From: Massalongia carnosa
Taxonomy: Eukaryota
Length of the DNA stretch: 64,000 nucleotides
Assembly (NCBI GenBank): GCA_965645245.1
Contig: OZ287086.1
Coordinates: 1,116,001 to 1,180,000, forward strand
Reading direction: 5' to 3'
The number at the start of each line of letters is the position of its first letter. Position 1 is the stretch's first letter. The position numbers and the translations under genes are program-made. Of the stretch, positions 1 through 13,340 are shown one piece after another. The notes below the pieces were generated by a model, which made no database searches, was not told the origin of the DNA, and saw nothing but the letters and a program-made list of their open reading frames with translations.

Positions 1-499
1 CAAATACAGCTCGAGACATCCAAGAAGCGCGTGCCGTTCAACGCAAAATAATCGCAAAATAAAACAACGATATACAGACGCATGGCAGACCTCTTGGAAA
101 TCATATCAGAACCTCACATCTACGCCTACTCCAGCACAAGCAGCCCCACTCACAAAAACACGCATCAAATTGCACGAAACTCTAGCCAAAGCAGAAAGCG
201 CTCTAACAATTCAGATACGCTCAGAAAAGATAGGTCTAGCCGACTTCCTATTTAGACGTCGCGTTCCCGACGTCTTGACACCGGGGTGTCCATGTGGCTG
301 GCCAAAACAAACCGCGAAACATGTAATCATGTTTTGCAAACTCAACAGTAACAGACATTCAATGTTACGCTCCATAGGAACAAATAATTATCGACTCATT
401 ACTGGCTCATCCAGAGCGATGAAACTAGTCGCCGCTTGGTTAATGAAGACCGGCTTACTAACCCAGTTCTCACTGGCAGCACAGCATTTATATCATTGA
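1..499 (+). mobile_element. 3' end of a Tad1-like LINE ORF2 (C-terminal CCHC zinc-knuckle region), cut by window start
   Basis: ORF 170..499 has QIRSEKIGLADFL...CPCGWPKQTAKHVIMFC, the typical C-terminal motif of fungal LINE pol proteins; similar to the tail of the LINE at 29 kb. Confidence 0.75.
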
Positions 500-1469
500 C
501 AATTGGCGATTAAATACATCGATTCTTTTCTTTAACTTGTCATCGGTCAACTGTTCTTTAGGAAGATCTCTCGACGGAGACTCGGAGAGTATTCGTAGAA
601 GTATCGGATTACTTGGTTTTTCTTCCTCAAAAGGTTTTCCATGTGTTATATAATCCCATAGACTTGCCCGCATGGGCCGGCCTTCGGCCGGTACCACATC
701 GGAATAAGAATTATCATCATCATGACTTGCATTCTACTGAATCAATGTCTACTTTGTTCGTCGGCGAGGACAGTGACGTCTCTTCTTGATACAAGCAAAG
801 CCGAATGCTGGCCAGTGATCTTAAAACCTCGAGGCGGTCACAAAAATGAATGACAGTCAAAACGCAGGATTCAGCTCAATGCTGCGCTGATGAAAGGCCG
901 CTTGTTTCCACAATCGGATCAAACGACAGTTTCATCACGTAACGTAATCGTATCGAGAGCACTTCTCAAACTCAGGATCATTTCTTGATTTCCGAATCGG
1001 TCAAGATTGTAGCGATACCTACGCACTTTCAAGGTTATTTATGTTCAGTATCCACAGCAAACTTTCACACAGTCCTTCATACAGCCCTGGGACAAATTAA
1101 GATAAGCATATTTATGCCAGTATTTCGTTTAGTAAAAAACAATCTTCTCCGGCCGTTGTTTTTTGGATTCAAATACATGATCCTACCCCATACATCATGA
1201 TTGCCAACGGCGAAGAAAAAGGAGAAGGAGTAGAAACGACCACCAGGTAGCCGAGGGATGGATGCTCATGGACATGCAGCGGTAGTAGCACTACATATAT
1301 AGAAAAAGGAAAGACTTGACGAAAGAGCATTTGCCGATTTCGTCGATATCGAAGGAAAGATCGCACTAATCATTTAATTACCCAATCGGATTCTCGCTGG
1401 CAAATGTTAGATGGTCAGGTGATGTCGAAAAAAAGGGGTCAGCGTATATACATAACTTAAAAGTAATTC

Positions 1470-1570
1470 GGAGGCAGGCCGCGAAACAGCCGACGAAGGC
1501 TGAAGGCCATGGATAGCCGAAGGACCGAGTGGAGGCAGGCCGCGAACAGCCAACGAAGGCCGAAGGACAA
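1470..1570. repeat. Imperfect ~60-bp direct repeat (ggaggcaggccgcgaa..cagcc.acgaaggc.gaagg x2), probably within a TE relic
   Basis: Two copies visible at ~1470-1507 and ~1531-1567. Confidence 0.6.
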
Positions 1571-2639
1571 AGGAGGATGATTTCCAAAATAGTTGGACAA
1601 GCAAGGGAGAGAAAGGGCATAAATAGGTGGCCTTTTGGCACTCTTCTCCTCATCATCACCATTGATTCGGAGTTCAGCACCAAAAGGTCTTTTGCCCACC
1701 CACCCACCCACTCCCTGAATCAGCCGCATAGGTAGATGGAGTTTTTCCCCTCACTGCTGCCAAAACAAAGCCATTATAGGAGGGGCGCTCAGCAAAACTG
1801 AGCGCCAGCAGGGCAGCAGCGAGGGGAGAGTTGCCCAAACATAGATAGAAATTATGTATATGTTCAGCTGACACGATGGAGCCCGCGAATTAATTACGAA
1901 ACCTAATTAATTTCTCTTTCCCTCCTTTCCCCCCTTATCTGGGCTCTACCTAACTATCTATCTATACATGCATGCAGGCATGACTCTCTACCTCTCTACC
2001 TCTCTAACCAATTAACCACCTGACTAACGAAACTAAACCAAACGACACACCAAACGACAGCCAACTCCCGTTTCTAAGCGCCAGCCGTCCCTTTCCCTTC
2101 AAAATCGGTAATTTGATTTTTTGCGTTTGCTCATGGACGTGGACATGCACATGGATGTGGTTATTTATGTCAAGCAAGCAAGCAAATTGTGTGGGTCGAG
2201 TGAGTGAGCGAGTGAGCGCTATTCTACATCCACCTAGCCATCTATTCATTCACTCATCCAGAACACGATACTTGCTGTTTGCTACTTGCTACTTAGCATA
2301 CATGCGCCCTTCTCCCCCCCCCCCCCCCCCAAAATTCTTCACGACTTAACCTCCCTCTATGAGGGGCCGAGTAGAAAAATGAAGGAAAAAGAAATCAGCC
2401 TTTGATCAGCCCCCCTTTATCTCTTTTTTTGAAAGTGGGGGGGGATGTAACTAGCGCCAATTCTGTAAATTTGAGTTGAAACGGCGAAAAGGTGAAGAGA
2501 AATGAAAGGGAATAGAAGGCAGTGGAGGGGTGGAGGAAGGGGTTCCTTATTTCTTCCTTGGGCTTCTGCTATCATACGAGGTTATGGCTTTTTTTTATTA
2601 GTTCTTTCTACTCTATTTGATTCTATTTAGCTCATCTAT

Positions 2640-3740
2640 ATACTTACCTACTTACCTCCCTTACAGATATGTACGATACATACTGTGTGTACTATCTCTA
2701 TATAACTCCATTCTTCAACATCATCATCATCATCATCATTCACTTCTTTGTTGTAGTCGTCGTCGTCTACTTCCCCTTTCATATCGAGTCTTAAGACAAA
2801 ACACCTCGCAAAAATCGAGCAAGAAACAGGCAAGTTAGGCAAGTAAGCTTACAGACAAGTAGGACAAGAATGATTGAAAAACCGACTGATCATTTGACGC
2901 ATGAACGGACGAATGAATAGATAGAAGGCTCGAAAACACCTCGATTTTATTTTTTTTGGCAATATATCCCATGTACTTGATCGATCTATCCATCAATCCG
3001 TTTCTAAAGCTTCACAATATCTCGCGACAGAAAACAGCCGGCTGCCTCCGCGATTAAGGGTATAGAGGGGAAGGAAGGAAGAATAAAAGAAACGGAATCG
3101 TCAAAGATGACAGAACGTATGGAAAAATCCGGAAATCTCAAGAATGGAGGGCGGGAAAATGCGTGAGCAAATCAACAAAAGCGATAATAATCATACGTTA
3201 ATGGTTACTTCAGATACTTGTATACTTATATACGTATCGTTACATACACAACTACTGCCGAACCATCCATCCATCCATCCGAGTAGATAGAATGAAATGA
3301 TCAATCCAATCAATCAACCAATCCGTAGCGTCACGTAGCGTAGATGCGATCCCATCTCATCTACGGTAAGAAGTCCTGGGCGAAAATAAGAACCCCCCCC
3401 AAAAAACCCCAAAGCACAAACAGAGAGACGGACGGACAGACAGACAGACAGACAGATAGGTAGGTAGGTAGAGGGATGAACGGATGGGAGAGGATGACTG
3501 GGAAGGTAGATTGATGGATGGATAGACAGACGGATAGAACGGATAGGTAAATAATAGATAATAGATAAACGCGGGGGGGGGGGGGTATGCGTGGAGATGG
3601 GGAGGTAGACAGGCAGGCTGATAGATATGGAGACAGCCAGCCAGCCAGCCAGCCAGCCAGCCAAGCTAGTCCGACAGTACAGACCACCCCCCCTGGGCAA
3701 ACATGCATTCATACAACATACAAACAATCAATCAACCAAG
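2640..3740. repeat. Microsatellite-rich intergenic region: (CAT)n, (CCAT)n, (GACA)n, (GCCA)n, poly-G
   Basis: Directly visible short tandem repeats; the ORFs here are low-complexity artefacts. Confidence 0.8.
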
Positions 3741-4188
3741 CAATCAAAAAAGAAAACCCAAAAAAAGAGAATAAAATCATAAGGATGAACGCAGCCAAAA
3801 ACGAGATTGACGAATAAAAGGGGGAAAATTAGGATAAAAATGGGGAAGTAGGGCACGAAGGAGAGACTGGTCTACGAACAGAACAGAACAGACCAGAAAC
3901 CTACTTAAACTAAACTGAATGGACCGAGATTTGGTATACTTACCTAGCTAGATAGTTGGAAAATGGGAGCAGGACCACGATGATGATGCGCACGATAACT
4001 GTGTAAGGGGAAGGGGGGAAAGGGGGGATACGTAGAATACATGTAAACAACAAAGCGTCGCTGGGTGGGTCGTACTCTAAGCGTGCACATGAATGACTTT
4101 TTCCGCCCCGTGCCGCTCACAGTCCTAGCGATAGTACAATGTAGTATACAGGTGGGGAGAGAGAAGAAATCGTACATCAAGGATGGGC

Positions 4189-5898
4189 TCACGTCTCGTC
4201 CTCCAGCAGCGAAGTCTCCTCGCCGCGAACCTGGAGGGGCCCGCCACGGACGGCCTGCAGTCCGAACCGACCCAGCAACGCCGTCACCCCCGTGAACATG
4301 ATGAGGCGGCCAAACTTGGTGCCGTACGCGAATTTCAGCGTGCCCTGCGGCATGGCCGAGTCGACCAGCATCTCCCCCACCGGGCCGCTCAGGATGCAGC
4401 CGAAGCCTCGCCCCGCAGCCAAAATGCCCATGATCACCGCGACCTCGGCGTCGGGGGTTTTGTTCCGGATTTCCGTGGCGCAGCCGGTCCAGGTGGACGT
4501 GTACCCCCCGGCGAATATCCCGTATGTAATCGCGAACATGTACAGGACCGGTTCGACAACGGCGAACCCCCACAGCAGGAAAACCGACAGGGCCGAGCCG
4601 ATGGCCGAAATGAACAACACCGTCGACACGTGCAGCCGGTCGCACAGAAAGCCCATGAAAATCATGCCCACGGTCGCAGCCGTGTTCAGCAGAGAAATGC
4701 TCGCGGTGGCGGTCAACGGCGAGAAGCCGATCGATGTGGCATAGTCTGGAATCCAGTCAGCAGCGCTCGTCCTCGGTTTCGTGGGTCAAAGGCTCACCTG
4801 ACATGAAGATGTGTGGCATGAAGTATCCAAACCCTTCAATCACGTTGCCGATTTGAAAAAGCCAGAAGGCTCGTTGTCGAAGAAATCCAATGTTCAACAG
4901 TCCTGTTGTGCGTTTCGCTGGAGGAGGTCGTCGTGGGCCCATACAATACACCAACGTCGATAGTATCACCAACTGATTTGGTAAATCGTATGTTAGCGTG
5001 CAAGGTCTGGAGTTACGCAGCGCAGATGCCCTCACAGGAATGGAATGACCCTTACCGTGAGTACTGCCCAGACCCGCAAGGTTGTCCTAAAGCCATACGT
5101 GTGCAACGCCCAGTTCATGAGCATCGGCATCACCGTTCCACCGACGCCCGATCCCGCCCAGAACACGCCATACGCAAGCCCTTTCCGTTTGATAAACCAG
5201 TCATCCAACCAGAAGATGAATGGATTGTACACGAGGCATGCGCCTATCCCATACAACAACCCCTGGGTCAGTATGAGGTTGGACACACTGTCCGCAAACG
5301 ATGCAGCAACCAGAGAAGTGGTGAGGCAGACCACACCAAGGACGGCGCTAGTTTTCTGGAACCTAGGCCATCGTTGTAGCACCAACACCGCGATCGGCGC
5401 TAAAAAGTATGCAATCCCCTGCGACGCATTTAGCACCTCTTCACATCGTTGACCGGCAATCGTCTCACCAGCGTGGTGGTTCCCACCGCAGCCACTCCCG
5501 GCTGCGACGAGAACGGCTCGAGACGAGAATAGTAATTCTCGAAGACGCCGTAGGAGAAGGGGAGTGCTAGGTTCCGTCACTTCAGTTGCCGTTGCAGAAC
5601 ACCGATCGGGGCATGATCCCTTACCCCAGATAAACGCTTCGAGGCAGAAGCAACCTCCTAGAAAGAGCCAGGCGGCGGCTCCGTAGTCCGCGGGCGGAAT
5701 CCCAGCGTCTTCCTCCCAGACGGGTGCCGCCGTCTTTCCTGAACCCGACAGTGCTGTTCCATAGCTTTTGGGTCTTTCTGCACCCGGTCGGGGGTGGGGG
5801 TCATTGGTTGGACAAGACACGTTGTCACGACGCTGAGTCTTGCCGTCTGGTTTTTCCACACGAGGCATTGGTACGCGCGGGTGCGTGTGCGTGTGCAT
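4189..5898 (-). CDS. MFS transporter, monocarboxylate-porter (MCT/Mch)-like, about 4 introns
   Basis: Exon ORFs: PPADYGAAAWLFLGGCF, LILTQGLLYGIGACLVYNP...DDWFIKRKGLAYGVFWAGSGVGG, FWLFQIGNVIEGFGYFMP, MGFLCDRLHV...GCILSGPVG; GT-AG introns; stop TGA at 4189. Start could instead be ATG at 5868. Confidence 0.88.
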
Positions 5899-6804
5899 CT
5901 CGATGATTGACGTTGAGAGAGGAACGACGAGAAGGGTGTGGGATGGGAGGGGAACTCCGAGGGAGAATTGCCAATATAATCAAGCGGACAGATACGGTGT
6001 GGAAAGATCTAGATGCTCTGGATTCTTCACGACGTCATGGAGGGGGAATAAGCCAATCTGGAACATTTCACGCTCTGTCATCGTGAAAAGTCAAACGCAC
6101 TCCCCGAACCAATCAGACGCCGGCCGGTGGATTCCGGACTGGTTTCGGTAAGTGAGATCATAGTAACTACTTCGTACATCGTACACAGTACACGGAGGAG
6201 GAACTGCATCGAGCGGAGTCACTAACCCAGTCCAAACCCAGTCCAATTACCGAGTACCACCAAAGCCCGTATTAGAGTATTACGTAAGATGGCCACTGAG
6301 TTGCCTCAACCACCTGGGCTGGGTGGCTGGGTACTCCTATCGTTTTATGATCAATCTTTAAGTAGAACAGGGGTTCGAGTCCCTGTTAGCGCGGGCCCAA
6401 TCCTTAGTGGGGTTGATGGTTTTGGGTTCTGCCACTGGCCACATGTGGTGTCCCCTTGTCGAGAGCTGAATGCGGTCTGGCCGAGGGGCTCACATGCCAA
6501 TCAGCAGCGAGAGCATGGCTTGCTGGATAATCAGAACTTTACAATGTAACAGTCGATCATGAGCCGACACATCGATGGCCGGATTGCGGGTGGCGGCTTT
6601 TCAGCTGCTGCTGCCAGATCTCAGACCGTGCGTAAAAGCCGCGTCGGACTAGCCTTACTCAAGCCGAACTACGCAGGTTTACGTCCGGTGATGACAATCA
6701 TGCGACTCGGGTGGTTATGACTACGAGTGATAACTACAAACAGTGCCCGAATCCTAACGGTGCGCGTGCCCAACGTGAAGCGTCGTGGCGAATGAATCCA
6801 TGAA

Positions 6805-9004
6805 TCACGCGTCTGATTCCGAACCTGCCGAGTCTCGCACTTTGGTGCAGATCCAGGTGGATTGGTACGTGGGATCGCTGTCAGAAATTAGTCAACCGTT
6901 GATGCTCGCCATGTGTGGCCAGGATGGAGGCCATACCGATCATCCTGATGCGGCGAATGGACTGGATGCGACTGAAAGCCCGACGCATTGAAGGCGGCGA
7001 TATAAGAGGGCGTGAGCATGGTGGAATGAAGCAGTGCCCGACCCTCAATCCGAAGAGCACGGTTCATGGCGAAAATCCGTCGGCTCGTCTCAATGGAGTC
7101 GGATGTGATCACGTCCATCGTGTGCATAACCTATGCGATGATCAACCGGACAATGACAGCGATAAAGTGACAGTGCGGTACGTACGACAACAACAGTCAA
7201 GCTTCCTGGCGCGATGCGACCGAGAACTACGCTCAAGTCCTCGGTGTGAATGATCAATCCCTCAAAGGTATGGGGCGATGATAGTCGATCAAAAGTGTCA
7301 GAATCTCGTAATGCTGTATGGAGACTAGACGATGATACTTATTAACCATGGAGCAGCGGCTGGAGGGAGCAGACTCCAGCTACCTTGCAATGGGTGTTTG
7401 ACGTTTCACGTCATGGATCCCTGCCTGGTGCAACCAAAACTGTAAAGCACGGCTCGACAGGTACGGGCTGACTCTCGAGATCAGAGTCCGGCAGAATGAC
7501 GCAGGATCGGTATTGCCAAACAATGACAAGAGTCCGGGGTGATCGAGACAAGCGTAGGACGCGACGTGGAGTTCCAAGACATGGTTTGAGATGGGATTGT
7601 CGTCAACAGCGTGGATCTGTAGAGGCCGCTCCTTGGCGTACTCTAAAATGTTATCGCCACCACTGGTCAGCGCCAAAACCACGTCGTCCGTATGGATCTT
7701 TAGTATCGCTTTATCCTTCCAAGAGTCTTCGCAGGTGAAGGGCCATCGGCACTGTACTAGACGAGCCGACTTTTCCAATTTTTCATCGTACGGGAGTCTC
7801 CACTTTTTATTTTGGTAATAATAGCAGGGCAACGGCAAGTTTGTTCCGAGGTTCAATACAGCAGCGTCGTAAGCGGTGGACCGGATTTTCATGACGTGGA
7901 GTGCTTTGTGCTGTTGGACGTGGTCCTCGATATCAACCGACACGGAAGAAGTGGCCGTGGCGTTGAGTCGTTGGATTTCTTCTTCAAGGAACTCTCTAGA
8001 GTCTGTTACGGGTGAGTGCAATGTCTTGAGACTACCAATCCAGATGTAGTACGGGATAAAGCGGTAATGATAATCCCAGCGGTTGACATTGAGGATAGAA
8101 CCGAACTTGTATTCTAAATAATCCCTTCTCGAGGAGTCGAGGTTAATCCGATCGATATCAAACCATGCTCTCCAAAACATCCTACTCCACGAGCCAACGT
8201 GTCGTTTCGAGAAGCCTGCCGTGTAATTTCGGCTGGCTATGTCGCATTGATTCTGGACATAAAAGTCTACTACACCGACGACACCAGACGGAGAAAGTAT
8301 AGTGGTACATAAATCAATCGCAGGACAAAAGTCTGGGATGGCCGACAATGAATAGGAGAAAGTAATCAGGTCGGCGTGAAAAGTATCCTTAGCCAAAAGG
8401 GAATTGGCGCGACCCCTGCTGCTAGTATCACTGTTATCTTCGGCTTCTTCAAAGTCCTCGAGACGAAGACGGGATGCATCTTTACAGATGATCCGGATAT
8501 TCGTCCAACCCAGACGATTAAAGCGTTCCCGGGCCACCTCCAAGAGCGATGGTGTCAGATCCACCAAGTAGACTCTCTCGAAAAAGTCCGGAACAGGAAG
8601 GAATTCGGACATGGCCTCCACATTATAGCCCGTGCCACCACCAATCTGGTCATCAGTTCGGTCAGCTTATCCACAGCAATAAGGTATTTGCTTACGTCTA
8701 TCCAGATTGGCTTTCGGCTTCCGCTCTGTGGCTGATCCATTCTGTACGACAACTGAGCTGCCACCAGCCCAAGCAAAGCTTCACGACCAGGCAGAAAGTA
8801 CGACCGAATGGCATCATACTCGCTCGCCTGCTCTTTGTATTTGTTCTCCAAGAAAGCCTGCGGGTTCGAACCATCTCCGTCTTCGGCCCGAGGCTTCAAG
8901 AAAGTCCCATAGACAAATTTCCACGCAGACAACACCGACGAAGCATTGTTGATCGTGAAATAAATCAAAGGCACTGACAGTGCGGTTGTTACAAGTGTCC
9001 ACAT
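6805..9004 (-). CDS. BTA1: Betaine lipid synthase (BTA1)-like protein: N-terminal SAM N-methyltransferase (BtaB-like) plus shortened, divergent BtaA/DUF3419-like domain; about 4 introns
   Basis: N-terminal TM helix; Y..QASEYDAIR; WID/IGGGTGYNVEAM; TFSYSLSAIPD; GVVDFYVQ; RRDYLEYKFG; ALTSGGDNIL. Further exons give FEGLIIHTED..GSLTVVV, MNRALRIEGRALL and STWICTK ending in TGA at 6805. Confidence 0.82.
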
Positions 9005-10211
9005 TGGGTAGGCTTCGATGAAATGCGTCGGAACGGAGAAATCATAGGGAGGGTGAAACTGTGCAACGATCTTTGGTCAATATAAAACTCCAGTCTTCAA
9101 GGAGCTACTGAACACCAGTGGCAAACGGATTCTCATGAGATGCATACTGCCTCAGTTACGTCCTCGCTCCGCATGTGTTAGATCCACATGAGTCGATTGA
9201 GGAAACGGGCGTATAGAGGACGGCCAGCTTTCCAGTAGTTGTGCCCACTGGGGCCATGCAGGTAGCACGGCAACGCAAGCCTCTACTGCTCTAGATACAA
9301 ACTCCGTAGGGGATTCCGCGTTCATCTTGCCCACGCTCTTGAACCAAACTTCCTAGGCGAGAAATATCCTTTGGCGATACTTACAAAGTAGTAATCTAGG
9401 ATGTTTGCTCTTCTCGATGTCAACCTGGCCGCCGTGCATCTCAACCGCATTAGCATTATTCGCGCGCATGCAAGTATGCCTTTAGTTGCGGTACCTGCTC
9501 CGTACGCTGTGTTCTGAACCGAACTATCTATTGAAATAACTTTCCAATGTATCGTGTTTCATTACGCTGTATGATTAATGTCCTTGTTATCGGGAGTACT
9601 CCGTACATGTAGAACCGCAACGTTAATCCATAAACAGAACCGTGGCGTCCCCTAAAGCGGCGTGGGCGATAAGATAGGCGTTCCGGAAGCGAGTAGTCTA
9701 CGTCCGTCCAGGATTTCTTCATCGCCGAGCACTCAAGCGGTTCGCTCATGCATGCATCATGCAAAGATGCAAAGATGCTCGAAATATATTCTGCTGCCGT
9801 ACTCTGTACACGAATGTGGTGGCTTGCGTTGGTGGTGAAATAGATGCATCTAGGTTTTGGAGTCCTGCAATACGCTCTAACGTACCTCCGTACTTGTTGA
9901 TCGGTTCATCAACACCCCAGCTCAATGCCAACGCGTATCCTGCAAGCCTTCACTATCAGGACGGGCTGGCCTTCACAAGCAAGCGGCATTAAAGTGGGGT
10001 CCTTGTTAAGCACTAAAGCAAGCCATTCTGGGGGACGTGCCTAGAATCCCATGTGTCAAGAAAAGCTGTTAGGTGCTGATGGCCTTCGCTGCACTCCGAG
10101 GCCGATTCTGGGACGACGAGTGTGTCTTCCTCGATCCACGCCACCCAAGAAACTCGTCAAATATTGAAAAACTCGCTCGCGATGAGGTATCAGGCGTGAC
10201 ACCAACTTAAC

Positions 10212-12288
10212 ATGGGTTCTCAAGCAGTATCGTACACTGATCTTTTGATCGTGGGTGCTGGGCCGGCTGGCATGATGGCTGCGGCATGGGCTAGTCAGTA
10301 TCAGATGTCAACGCGAATCATAGACAAGAACTCAGCACGAACGAGCAAAGGACAGGCGGACGGGTTGCAGTCCAGAACATTGGAGATATTTGACAGCTTC
10401 GGAGTTGTAGATTATGTCTGGAAGAAAGGATTTCATGACATAGAAATGGGGATTTGGGTATGTAAGCCAGCGCTTCTACCACCGTGTTGACTCTGATGTG
10501 ACATAGGAGGCTGATAAGAATGGGTGTGCACAAAGACTTCAACGAGTGCTCTGTCAAAAGGTTGGTCTCAGCAGGTACACACAAATCAGCATTCATCAAG
10601 GTGCGATTGAACAAAGTCTTCTGGATGTGATTCGCCCAAAATTCTCGGTAGAGAGAAACGTGACTCCGGAGGAGCTGGAACTAGATCATTCAATTGTAGA
10701 CGAAAACGATGCCTACCCAATTACGATCACCCTTCGCCATAATAGGAGAACTCCGAATGCGAACGAACGCAGTGACACCCAGAAGACCACGGATAACTCC
10801 CATGGTGATTCTCCCAGCGGTACTGATAACGCTGGCGAGAGACAACGCGTGGAAAGGGAAGGACTTGAGATTGTCAAAGCCAAGTACCTGGTTGGCTGTG
10901 ACGGTGCACATAGTTGGACGCGGAAACAGCTTGGTATATCTCTAGAGGGCAAGCAGTCCGATTCGATTTGGGGCGTCATGGACATTGTCCCCATCACGGA
11001 TTTTCGTAAGGATTTGCTCTCTTCGAGAAATTCATTTGGCTGACCATCCCCAGCCGACATCCGTCAATCCTGTGCCATTCATTCCGCAAAATACGGCAGC
11101 ATCCTAAACATCCCCCGCGAGAACCGCCTCAACCGCCTCTACATCCAACTGAACCGCGACAGCCAGGACCCTGTCTTCGACCGAACCCAAGTCACCCCGG
11201 AAACCATGCTGCACGTAGCGCAAAACATCCTGAAACCCTACACCCTTGAATTCCGGCACTGCGACTGGTGGTCCATCTATCAGATCGGCCAACGTATCGC
11301 CCCCAATTTCAGCGTCGCCTCCCGCATTTTCCTTGCCGGCGACGCGGTGCACACGCATTCCCCGAAGCTGGGCCAGGGCATGAACGTATCCATGCAAGAC
11401 AGCTACAACCTGGGCTGGAAGCTCGGCAGCGTCATCACAGGGCGCTCCCCGCGCGCGTTGTTGGCAAGCTATGAGGACGAACGGCGCCGGGTCGCGCTTC
11501 AACTCCTGGCGGTGGACGAGGAGATTGCTCGTTTCTACGCTCGTGCGAAATCAGAGGCAGCGGACTCGACAAACGGGGATGAAACCGACTTCGGCGCGAT
11601 CCGGGAGAGGATGTATGAGTTTTTGGCGGGCATTGGCGTTACTTACGGGCCAAGCGTTTTGGTTGCCGAGTCCCAGGGAGCGCTGGCGACGAAGATCACG
11701 CTCGGCGCGCGCTTCCCGTCCCATCAGGTTCTGAACCAGGCGGAAGCACGGCCGATTCAGCTGGGCGACATGCTGCCGAGTGACGCGCGATGGCGTGTGA
11801 TTGTTTTCGCGGGCGACATCACCGATCCCGTGCAAGCCCGACGGATGCAGCAGCTCGGCGACGCGCTCGCGGCACCGGACTCCTTTCTCCGCCGCTTCAC
11901 GCCTCCGGGGCAACGGATTGATTCCGTCATCGAGATTCTCACCCTCCACAACGCTCGGCGGACCGCCGTGAGCTTGGCCGATTTCCACCCCATCTTCCGG
12001 CCGTTTGACGAGGAGCTGGGATGGGATTACTGGAAGGTGTTTGTGAGCGACGTCCCCCATCACGGGGTGTTTGTGGATGCGTACGAGAAGTATGGCGTTG
12101 GCAAGGACGGCTGTATGCTGGTTTGCCGGCCCGATCAGCATGTGGGCCACGTGGGCGCGTTGGAGGACGTGGCCGCCGTGGCGAGCTATTTCGCGGGGGT
12201 TTTGATCCCCTGCGTTGGATCGTCATCGGGAAAGATGGGGGGTGTAGATGTTGGGGGGGCTCCCGGGCATATGGGGGATGGATGTTAG
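10212..12288 (+). CDS. FAD-dependent aromatic hydroxylase (phenol 2-monooxygenase family), 2 introns
   Basis: GAGPAG Rossmann motif, GQADGLQSRTLEIF, VGCDGAHSW, FLAGDAVHTHSPKLGQGMNVSMQD, C-terminal thioredoxin-like domain ending RPDQHV. Confidence 0.92.
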
Positions 12289-12548
12289 ATGCTGTACAAA
12301 CCAAAAACCTTCATTCCTACGAGATAATTACATGGGCGAGCGCATTTTTGAGATATCCGCATCCCAGCGGTCGAGGATGGTTCTTGGAATTCCTGATCTA
12401 CCATGACATCCGCGTCGCACGGGATGATGATCCCGTGGCGCACACATGATGGCCCACCGATCCTCGCTCATGCTCACACGCGGTGGGTGGCAGCATGCCG
12501 GATGCAATGTCGGCCGCGCCTGCGCTCTCCTCTCGTCCGCCGCCACCA

Positions 12549-13340
12549 TCACTTGACCACCGCCAGCAAAAACCCATCGTAATTCTTCTCGCTGACCGTC
12601 TGCAACAGCACCGCGTCCACGCCCTCCATCCGCCCAATGCCCTCCACCGCCCTCCGGATCCCCTGGACGTTGCGATCGCTGACCGCCAGCTCCTCGTCCG
12701 CCAACAAGCCCTTGCGCACCATGTTGTCCAGATAGATGCACGCGCCGGGGCGCGACATCTTCACCGCCCACTCGAAATAATCCAACGCCTCGGCCTTGTC
12801 GGCATCGATGAAGGCGAAATCGAACCGGTCCCGCTCCCCGCGCTCGACCTCGGCCGCGAGCCGCGGGAGCACCTCCAACGCCGAGCCGACGACGACGTCG
12901 ACGCGGTCCTGCATGCCCGCGAACGCGAGGTTTTCCCGCGCGACGGCGGCGACGTGCTCGTCGATCTCGATGCTGGTGATCCGGGCGTGGGGGCGGCCGC
13001 TGGCCATCCAGATGGTCGAGTAGGCGCCCAGCGTGCCGACCTCGAGGATCCGCTCGGCGCCCACGAGCTGGCACTGCACGGCCAGGAACTTGCCCTGGGA
13101 CGGGGCCACGGAGATGTCTTCCAGCCCCTTGGCGAGCGAGTTCCGGAGCGCGTGCTCGATGGCAGCGTGGTACGGCTTGGAGGCCGGGTGGAGGCGCGGG
13201 ACCGCGTACTCGTCGACGGCCGTCCAGCGGGGGGTGGTTTCCGTGACGTAGGCGTTCGGGTCGACGCCCCAGTGGGGGAGTTGGGTGGTTGGAGCGGCAG
13301 CGGTGGCGTGATGCTGGGAGTTTGCGTGATCGGTCGCCAT
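12549..13340 (-). CDS. SAM-dependent O-methyltransferase family 3 (catechol/CCoAOMT-like), intronless
   Basis: ISVAPSQGKFL, ILEVGTLGAYSTIW, FDFAFIDADK, YLDNMVR, KNYDGF. Confidence 0.92.
   Translation of the reverse strand: MATDHANSQHHATAAAPTTQLPHWGVDPNAYVTETTPRWTAVDEYAVPRLHPASKPYHAAIEHALRNSLAKGLEDISVAPSQGKFLAVQCQLVGAERILEVGTLGAYSTIWMASGRPHARITSIEIDEHVAAVARENLAFAGMQDRVDVVVGSALEVLPRLAAEVERGERDRFDFAFIDADKAEALDYFEWAVKMSRPGACIYLDNMVRKGLLADEELAVSDRNVQGIRRAVEGIGRMEGVDAVLLQTVSEKNYDGFLLAVVK

Noticed and set aside
1405..1873. Possible solo LTR (tgttag...ctgaca)
   Set aside because: No matching TSD and no second copy in the window
2000..3820. Short ORFs with His/Pro/Leu-Ser runs
   Set aside because: Translations of microsatellites
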